Of a stretch of 64,000 nt of DNA, positions 55,072 through 64,000 are shown in pieces. Within the stretch, counting starts at the first letter, position 1. Each line of letters opens with the position of its first letter. Position numbers and translations under genes: made by a program. The stretch comes from Tubiluchus corallicola (lineage: Eukaryota; Animalia; Priapulida). The DNA lies in contig JAQGDQ010000340.1 in NCBI GenBank assembly GCA_030141605.1, positions 1-64,000 on the forward strand, read 5' to 3'. The notes under the pieces were generated by a model. It saw nothing but the letters and a program-made list of their open reading frames with translations, made no database searches and was not told where the DNA came from.

Positions 55072-56774
55072 TTAAGATTAAGATTAAGATTTAATTTATT
55101 TGTCTCATTCCGCACATTTATAATACAACACAAAATTCAAATTCAAAATTCCCAAAAAAATTTATATGCTAAAAAACTGGCGTATGAGATCGTTTTACCA
55201 ATAAAAAATGACAAATCAATACAAGATCAATCACCTGTTTTTGGTGAGGCAATGGTGCACATTGGGATGGCGATGCAATGCCATTCTACCAGGTGGCATG
55301 AATATTTTAAATGACTAAGAATTTTTTTCTAGTTACATAAGTCTTTGAAACAGCTAAGAATTATGCTAAGTAATATAACTTTACATTGAAAGTTTTTTGA
55401 GACATACTATGAAATTTATATTCTTTTCCTTTAAACTTGGATTTCTACCCCCTAACAAGAATGAAATTATTTGCATTCGATATTAACATTACAATAACTT
55501 ACCTACGTAATACGAAAATTCTGAAAGGATCTCACATTATAATTATGGCAGAAGTGAGATTACCAGAGCCCACAAGTGCACTAAGTCCTGATTGGCTTGA
55601 TGAACATGACTGTTCAGGAGGAAACTTGATAGCCAATCTGTCAACTTGGCTTCGTGAACATCTATGGGAAGGACCTTCCAGGGCTTCGCGGGTTGACATT
55701 ATGTAAATGTCAAGTGGTGATTAGCTCGGAGGAGATTCATTGCCGGATTAAGAAAGTAAACAATCTTGTTACGGGTTTCAGTTAAATGAGTTCAGCGGAA
55801 CAATGACATTTATGGGTCAGTGAGAGAGCAAAGTGCTACTTCCACAAACAATGCATTAAACAATCTAAAAAATGAACAATGTTTACAATGTTTAAAATAA
55901 GCCTTTTTAGAGTTTTGTTGTGCACACGCGCAGTTGTTGTAGGTTAAAGGTTAAGTGTACCACAGCAATGCGTCTCAACTACAACCGTCAGGTGACGTGT
56001 GGGTAAAGCAAAGCTGTCTGCCACATCAGTTAGGTAACTTCAGTTGTTCGCATGCTTTGCTTAATTATACATTAGTCTGTGCATAGAGTGATTTACTTGG
56101 AAACAAGAAAAACTGAACTAGCTGTTACAACTGTTACTACACTGTATTGCATAAGCATGGGATGCGAGGCATTGTCAAGTGTACACAAATGTGTTGTCTA
56201 GTACACTTAGCCTTTGACCTCTTGACGATCATCAACAATGGAACTGTGAAAAGTCTTACTGGTATAAATCCGGCTTAAAGGGGAAGAAAAGGGATTTCTA
56301 AAGAATGTCTCAAAAGACTTTCCATGCAAAATTATATTACTTACCTTGTTAAAAAACTTACGTAACTAGAAAAGAAAAATTCCTAATACAGCTATTTAAA
56401 ATGTTCTCACGAACTGGTAAAACAGTTTTGCATCGCCATCCCAGTATGCACCACTGACTCACCAAAATAACATTATTGGTCTCAATGACAATATAAAGTA
56501 ATTAAAACATTTGCTTAGTGAGCGAAGAGTGTGCTAGGAACGTATGTCTGACAATTTTTTCAGACTTTACGCAGCGTTCTTTAAACTTGCTTCAAACGAC
56601 ATACCATCAAAATGGCTGCGCCTAACTGCCATTGCAGGAGTTTAAACATAAAAGTTTTGTAGAGCGTTACTGCTAAAACAAGCTCTGTATGCAATAAGAC
56701 AGCATTATCACTATTAGCAAGTAAGTGATATAAAATCTCAAACAAATTTTTAATCATTATTTATGAAGTGTTAC

Positions 56775-56793
56775 TTCTTTACTTACTTGCTTA

Positions 56794-56889
<96 letters not shown>

Positions 56890-56955
56890 TTTACTTGCTT
56901 GCTTGCTTGCTTACTTATGTACTGACTGACTGACTGACTGACTTACTTACTTGCT
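56775..56955. repeat. (ACTT)n/(GCTT)n/(ACTG)n tetranucleotide microsatellite; (CAGT)n also at 25445-25482 and (TG)n at 46144-46187
   Basis: Direct reading. Confidence 0.95.
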
Positions 56956-57561
56956 TTAATTATTAGTGATTCTGTTAATAATACGAATCCAAAAAATAGC
57001 ATTTAGTAATTTTCTGTGCCTTTTTGTCTCTCAAGAAAAATAGTTCATAGTATTATGAAACACATTCTCACTTTTTGCCGTGAAATTTTCTACTAATTTA
57101 TTACTCTTCAAATTGCATGATATTGTTCCAGGGTTCGACCCGGTAGAGAGCCTTACGGCCCGCCATCGGTGATGCGGGTAAGCGCTGCATAATAGACATT
57201 CCAGAAATTTAAAAAAAGAAACAACAAAACCAAAACTTAGAATTCAAAAGGGACGGCTGAGAAGAACAACACAATAGAAAAAAAAACAAAACCTGATGAC
57301 AATGCTTCAAACCTTACGGAATCCACGACACTCGACAGGCAGACAGGAGAAGTGCATTCCACGACAACTGACGATGTCACGTGTTCGTTCTTTCCACAGG
57401 AAACCACTGCTCAACCAATCGCAGGTAATGTTATGGGCTTCCTAGTTTAAACTGGAGGTGATAACATTACCTGTAGGTTGGCCGGCCTGGTGCCTATGAA
57501 TAGAACTGCATAATGCACTTTCACCTGTTCAGCTCAATATTTTAAAACTACGTTCACCCAC

Positions 57562-57655
57562 CTTTTAATGACTTGGCTTTAATATTACAGAAATTAATTC
57601 CTGGTAATAATTTTATTACGTCATCCAATCCGTCAAATCCTTCCTTTGATAGGAC
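57562..57655 (-). CDS. VPS33B: VPS33B exon VLSKEGFDGLDDVIKLLPGINFCNIKAKSLK
   Basis: ttttag acceptor, G|gtgggt donor, 94 nt, phase 0/1; resembles VLERRSWQGLDEVVRLL. Confidence 0.88.
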
Positions 57656-57857
57656 CTAAAATATAGAATCAATCAATAGTCAGTATAAGTTAAGCAATCC
57701 TGGACATAATTGATTAATCGATAAGAGGCTATAAGGAGTTACATTAATTTTTTGAATTAATTAGATTAATTAACTTACAGAGGAAAACGATTCGTGAATC
57801 ATTAATTAAACAAATTAATTACACTATTCTACTTCATTCCATTACGAATTAATTATT

Positions 57858-57976
57858 GTCTACGGCCGTATCACATTGAAAACACTGGTTCTCGTCTGAT
57901 CACTGAAGTTAAGCAATGTAGAGCCTGGTTAGTACTTGGATGGGTGACCACCTAGGAATACAGGTGCTGTAGGCTT
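57858..57976 (+). pseudogene. Full-length 5S rRNA-derived sequence (pseudogene or SINE3 head) in a VPS33B intron
   Basis: 119 nt, GTCTACGGCC...GAAGTTAAGC...GTTAGTACTTGGATGGGTGACC...GTGCTGTAGGCTT; several apparent CpG-to-TpG/CpA changes; no oligo-T terminator after it. Confidence 0.88.
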
Positions 57977-58235
57977 GCGGATGCCCACACTGTATCTCGA
58001 CACTAGACGGAGGAGCTGCACAAGCAGCCAACGGCTTTAGGGCGGAGGAGGTCAAGTGACCCAACGGCCATGTGTAGAGGAGTAAATCTTCCAAATTAGG
58101 AGTGGAGCCCAGAAGGCGGACCGGTGTAGCATGCTCACTGACTCCGGCAGCTCCTGCTGCCAACCTGGTATCAAACGTATTGCTCCGCTTTCCTTTGGAA
58201 TACACCAGGGATAGTTCCAGGAATAATAAATAATT
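57858..58235 (+). mobile_element. Probable 5S-derived SINE (SINE3-type): 5S head, about 245-bp GC-rich body, AATAATAAATAA tail
   Basis: 5S head runs directly into a GC-rich body that contrasts sharply with the AT-rich flanks, then an A-rich simple tail; no clear TSD seen. Confidence 0.6.
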
Positions 58236-60242
58236 CACAAGTAAAATAATAAGTAAAATGATGAATAAAATTTATCACTGAATAAAGAATTCATTAGCTT
58301 GCAACAAAACATTCATGAATAATGAATAATTCATCATTGAATAACGAATAATGACCAACGACTTAACTACTGACTAAAATAATAAAGTGAAGCTTAGAAT
58401 CCAATAAAAAGTTTCCAATATAAAATTCCACAGATAAGAAGCCCTGGAGAATATCTGGTTCTTTCTATCAAATATGAAATGAAGATCAGAAAAATAACAG
58501 AGCTAATGTATTCGGGTGAAACATTTCTCTTCTTCTGCAGTTAAAAAGTTCCAGTCACACTAGAACGCTACCACTTCAGAGACACCTAGCGAATACTTTA
58601 ACATTAAATCAAGCAATAATCTTAATCCATCATCCCATTCAAAGCAAATAATGGAAACAGCCAAGAAAGGAAAAGTCTTCTGACTTCCGGAAGAGGAAAA
58701 GTTTCTGGACAAACTACCTCCAGCACCAGTGCATCTGCAGTTTAGTGAATTAACGGGAATTGACTTTTCCTTAAAACAATATCTGTTATTCATTTAACAA
58801 CGTATTCTGGATAAATTTTGCGCATGTGATACATGACAAATCAGTTTTTATACATTGCTGCAGCCCGTAAGCTGAAATCCAGCATTAAATAACAGGGACA
58901 AATTAAAGGACAAGGCAAGGCATTTAGCATGTTGGGTTTATTTTACTGTTATCACTTGAGGCAACACCGGACCAACACTTAAACTGAAGGTCGAAACAAT
59001 CTACTCTTCAAAATATTGAAAGGAAACATACTATTTTTTCAAAAATGACTTACGCAAAAGAATTTTTACCACACAAACACAATTTCGCGTTCGCGCTGTT
59101 ATGTGTATCTTGCCATTCGCTAGTTAGACGGGCACTAGTGTCTGCATTTCCGAAATGCACTGCACAAAAAAGGTGTTGTACCTCTCAGTTCAGATGTGTT
59201 AGAGTGAGACGAACTACACACATTCAACAGCACACAGCGGTAAATTTGAAATTTGAAGTTTAATCTTAAAACTTGCCTAGTTTTAACAGTACAACACACT
59301 GAATATCTTACAGTGGTGATCTAACTTTATTTTCTGTGATGAAGGCCATTACGAGAACTGGTTGATTTCTTGGATGTCTTGCTGTCATGTACTGAGTGCT
59401 TTAAATACGTCGACGTGGCTGAATTATAACTGACAAGTTTCTGCATTTAAGCGTTTTTAACATCAAAAGTTTTTCGAACACAATTTAAAAATATTAAAAC
59501 TATAAACATGCAGCTTCTACAACTGAAAGTCAATGCAATGCAACATCACACTGTGAAACATCAACTTTACAGGGCACTTGCTTTTAATGTTATTGTATTA
59601 TTATTATTTGTTGGGGATAAACTGATACTGTCAAGTGCTGCCACCTTTTAGACCTTTAGGCCTTGAATGAATTTCTTGTTTTAAATTTGTTAGCCTGTAC
59701 TTACATACTCATGTGATTCAATCTGGTTTTATGCAGATGCCAGTAGGATAGCAGACTGTTACACTGTCTAGGTGTTTGCTATCTGTTTATACTTAATTTA
59801 GCCAAATTCAATGATTTGATAAATGCCTGTGATCTGTTTCTGCAGTTTTCTGATACCTTTAAGTTTAAATACCAGGGCTGGCCAATATACATAAGTTAAA
59901 TATGATTATTATTAATTTTTTTGATTACCTAAAAGAGAAGTTTAATTTCTATTTCATGCAGCATTTTACTACTTTACAATAATTGTAATTTTTAAAAATT
60001 GTGTAATTCATACTTAAATGATTTAATATTTTGATTTAGTTCCTATTTTATAATAATCTTGTATAATCACCTGAATTTGCAAAACGCATTTATTTTATTT
60101 TCTCACAATAAATAACCGTTAGCAAGCCAATGTGAAATATGAAGTTTTGTTTTGGGACATTCCATCAGCAACATTATTATTCCTCACATTTTTCTGCACC
60201 AATATAATTTTAAATCCATAATCATGCAAAATGCACACTTAC

Positions 60243-60344
60243 CTTTTCCACTAGCCTGCAGGTTAGGGGCGTGTAGGCACCGCTGAACACGTACGACATG
60301 TCTTTGGGGTTCTTCAGGTTAACTTCATCTCCTGATTTTGGTAT
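60243..60344 (-). CDS. VPS33B: VPS33B exon [34 protein letters not shown]
   Basis: ttgccag acceptor, AAG|gtaagt donor, 102 nt; carries the Vps33 motif PxDM(S/A)YVF(S/G)GAYxPLxCR. Confidence 0.93.
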
Positions 60345-61293
60345 CTGGCAAAACAAGGTGAAATTAATTGGTGACGGGAAAAGTATGTGCCACTTCGAAG
60401 TTTTTAAACAGAAGTGTAGCTTAAATCACTTTATCTTGTCGAGACGATCAATAATGTGTTTCATGGCGAGCCAGTGGTGCACACTGGGATTGCAAAACAG
60501 TGACGTTTTACTATCGGTGAGAACATTTTAAATTACTGAGAATTTTCTTTTCCAATTCTTTCAAGCAGGTAAGTATAATGTTAAATCAAAAACGGACCCA
60601 ATCTTAAACCGTAGGTCAAAACAATCTACTCTTCAAAATATTGAAAGGAGACATACTACTTTTTTCAAAAATGACTTACGTGAAAGAATTATTAAAACAC
60701 AAACACAATTTTCAATCTTTCTAGTTTTTCCACCATTTGCTAGTTAGACGGGCACTAGCGCCTGCATTTCAGGAATGCATTGCACAAAATACAGGTGCTG
60801 TACTTCTCGGTTTCAGATGTGTTAGTTTGTGACGAACTAACCGTGACAGCTCATCCGTGAGCACAGCAGTAAACTTGAAATTTGAATTTTTATCTTAGAA
60901 CCTGTTTAGTTTTAGTACAACATACTCAATATCTTACAGGACCACTGTACTTCAATTTTTGCTTCCACAAACACGTCCAACACGCTTGTGAAAAATTTTT
61001 GCTGTTGAAGATTATGTTAGTTTGTGATGTCATCAATAGTTGATATTGCCGCCATTAATTAAGATTTTAATCTATTATTTAATGAACAGAAATGTTTTTG
61101 CAGTATCAATTGTGTTAAAATCTAAACTTTTTATCGGACTTGAGTACCGGAATACTTAAGTGGGGACTACTGTATTCACCTGCTACCGAACACCGTCATT
61201 CTTATAACACACAAAAACTAATTATTACAATTACTATGACCAGAGTCATCAAACGAGAATATTTATTATCATAGAAAGAGGTGTCTTTCTTAC

Positions 61294-61370
61294 CAAATTC
61301 AGTTTTCTACACAGAGTTTGGAATGTGCTAGAACGTGGAATGGATGCCAATCCGGTTATCAGCGAAGAAG
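61294..61370 (-). CDS. VPS33B: VPS33B exon (A)SSLITGLASIPRSSTFQTLCRKLNL
   Basis: ttttcag acceptor, TTG|gtaag donor, 77 nt, phase 1/0 fits both neighbours; resembles SNFRAISKKLNL. Confidence 0.88.
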
Positions 61371-61716
61371 CTGAAAATACGAAAAAAGTCAAATTTAGGA
61401 AAACTGAAAAGTGTTGGGAATTTTCAATTTTTTATTTAGCTTAGAATTTTTAAATCGAGGAAGGTGGGAGAACTAGACAGCTGCTTAAATTTTGCCCCAA
61501 GTTCGAAAACCTAAAATAAAAGTGAAATTATTGTTGTCTTTCGGAATACTAAGTACAAATGCCATTGGTAAAGCAGCGATTTGAACGGCAGCCGAGCCCA
61601 AATCGAGTATAATCTATTAAATTGATTAACTGATCACACCACTGAAGCCAATAAGATTAAAATGTGTTTACACTCTACAGTAAAGATATATACGTTTACT
61701 TAATATGCCAACCCAC

Positions 61717-61789
61717 CCTTTTCTTGACATGTAAACAGGCCCAGTTTCTTCAAGTTAAAGAAAGTTGACAAATGTTTGTATCCGTGGCT
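61717..61789 (-). CDS. VPS33B: VPS33B exon SHGYKHLSTFFNLKKLGLFTCQEK
   Basis: ctttcag acceptor, G|gtgggt donor, 73 nt, phase 0/1; resembles SYGPEHLLTFSNLRRAGLL. Confidence 0.88.
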
Positions 61790-63244
61790 CTGAAAGCAGT
61801 AAAAGCTGTTTATTGTAGACATAAAATAATTTTTAAAGACACAATATTATTCAGAAATTATTTACGCATCATAGGAGTGGCTGTACATTTCTTCAGTTCT
61901 AATCAAATGATTGCTAAAGTATAAAGAAAATCCATCACTTAGGTAAAGCTTAGTCTTATTGCACACAGAACTTATGTTAGCAGTAACGATGTATAAAACT
62001 TGTAAATTTAAACTCTCACAATGACAGTTAGATGCAGCCATTTTGATCATAAGTCATTTAAAACAAGTTTAGATAACGTTGCGCGAAGTTTGAAAACAAT
62101 AATCAGAGCATTCGTAGTACACTCTTCGCTAACTAAGCAAAATTTTAAATGTCTTGTCAATAAGAGTAAAAATACGTTTTTGGTTAGTTTTGGGTAGTGC
62201 ACCCTGGAGGTGAGTCAACGATAATTTGGTGAAAAAATTTTTAATAATTAATAATTTTATTTTCTAGTTACATAAGTCTTTTAAGCAGGTAAGCAAAATG
62301 CTAAGTATTATAGATTTGCATGGAACGTTTTTGGGACATAATTTAACATTTCCTTTTCTACCCGTGATCTACACATTGTGCATCACTTCATGCATATAAC
62401 GGCGCTGTCGGAACAGTATTGTGGGAGATTTAACATCAAAACAAAGAAAAAATCCTTTCAACGCAAGTACGATATAGTCATAAAATTGCTGTAAAATAAT
62501 ATAACTTTTTATGCCAGTTTTCTGAAACTTACTTCAGGTACCCCTCTTCTTGTCCTTTAATGTCAGGACACAGAATCTTTCTAGATTGTCGAAGAAATAC
62601 AGTCATAGGTTTAGAAAGATCCTTGTGCCAAATTAGCTCAGTCAGTTAACTAATTTATGTATGGGTCATGTAATTAGCATAGCATTTAATGTAAAGTTCA
62701 AGGTCACATCTATGTGACCTTGAAGCCCATCCACATATAATGAAATCAAGTTCAAGTTAGGTAGGTGGCAGGAAACGTGATAACGTGAAATTTTCACATG
62801 TGCGTGGCAGCATCACTGGTTGTCATCAGCCGTTAGGGGAAGGAATCGGTAAAATGGGTCGATGAGAATGACTTGAGTGAAATGGGGCTGCCACGCCTCA
62901 ACTGCCGATGCTAGTAGAATCGACTGACGGTTTCCCGTTAATTAACACAAATGATGTTGTTGCCTGACCTTCGGAGAAAAAAGAATAAAATGTACAAAAA
63001 AACTACATCAGTGTGAGAGGTAGGTAGGTAGTGGGGCATATGATAATGCTATTATGAAGCAACATAGGTAGGTCCTCGAAATCCCCCAAAACCCTTATGT
63101 TGTTATATGTGGATGGTCCCTAGACGAAAAACTCACTCTACGCTGCAATAGACGAAAAACAAATTTGTGACAAACAAACAAACGTCTGTAAATAGTCAAC
63201 CTACTTACTATTTGTTGACATGTAGATTTAAAGGAAAAGTTTAC

Positions 63245-63346
63245 CTGTAAAAACTGTGTCTGTAGATTCCAGTAATCACCTTTCGGCAGACCATCGAGCA
63301 CCAAGGATAGCAAACATAGCAGTCGCAGTGAGTTTGCAACCGGATA
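63245..63346 (-). CDS. VPS33B: VPS33B (Sec1/Munc18 family) internal exon, YPVANSLRLLCLLSLVLDGLPKGDYWNLQTQFLQ; gene continues upstream beyond the window
   Basis: ttttag acceptor, CAG|gtaaac donor, 102 nt, phase 0/0; resembles the remembered vertebrate VPS33B segment ESLRLMCLLS...DYRSLKTQYLQ. Confidence 0.9.
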
Positions 63347-64000
63347 CTAAAACATACAATAGTATGTACAGATAGTACAAAATAGTATACAATGGTCAGG
63401 TGGATATAAATATAGAAGTGAATCTGTCAACATATTAGAAATAACGAAATACAGAAGATCAATGGAAATACGAGATTTTTTGCATGATGACATGGCCGTA
63501 AGTTAAAGCATGAAAGAGTGACAGCATGTTAATGAAGGACAGTATGAGCATAAATTAACAAAACAATAGGAACAGCATAAAGAACTAAAACAGAAAAGTA
63601 TGGGCACGAGAATGAAGAAGAAGAAGGAGATGAAAGCATGAAACATGAGGTAGACAGCGGTATGAGTAGAACAGAAAGTCAGTGTGCAGCAGCAGAGCTA
63701 AGCCAAGGAATTCATACACAGATTTGGCACATGTTGAGACAGCTTCACGAAAGTTTGGGGAAGTTTTGGCGAGCTTAAACATTTTAAAACGTAAGTCATT
63801 TTTGAAAAAATAGTATGTTTCTTTTTAATGTTTTAAAGAGTAGACTGTTTTGACTTACAGTTTAAGATTGGTTTTGCTTTAAGATTAAGATTAAGATTTA
63901 ATTTATTTGTCTCATTCCGCACATTTATAAAACAATACAAAATTCAAATTCAAAATTCACAAAAAAATTTATATCCTAAAAAACTGGTGTATGAGATGGT

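Noticed and set aside
57858-57976. Functional 5S rRNA gene
   Set aside because: Single intronic copy, multiple apparent substitutions in stems, no oligo-T Pol III terminator

Overview
This is AT-rich, repeat-dense animal (invertebrate-type) nuclear DNA, not prokaryotic, so almost all of the supplied ORF track is spurious. Two spliced, convergent genes could be rebuilt by hand with consistent GT-AG phases. (1) On +, a secreted pentraxin/LamG-like protein with six exons from 28984 to 42657; the ATG exon is not fixed. It has a signal-peptide end, the FCMW and WHHLCITY cysteine pair, and an unusual C-terminal tail ending in GKK. (2) On -, the last seven coding exons of VPS33B (63346 to 50176); the gene continues past the window end. 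The rest is DNA-transposon derivatives (hAT, piggyBac-like, Kolobok-like, Harbinger-like, a TATA-flanked foldback family), nested LINE remnants, tRNA-derived SINE heads, a 5S-rRNA-headed element, and mini/microsatellites. Most notable: tandem arrays built from VPS33B's own exon boundaries (about 30 copies of a 3' splice site, and repeats of the stop-codon region), a candidate 18-nt microexon, five foldback MITEs confined to the pentraxin introns, an hAT MITE with an in-frame mini-ORF, and a 54-bp duplication of the pentraxin 3' end. Homology calls are from remembered motifs; no searches were run.
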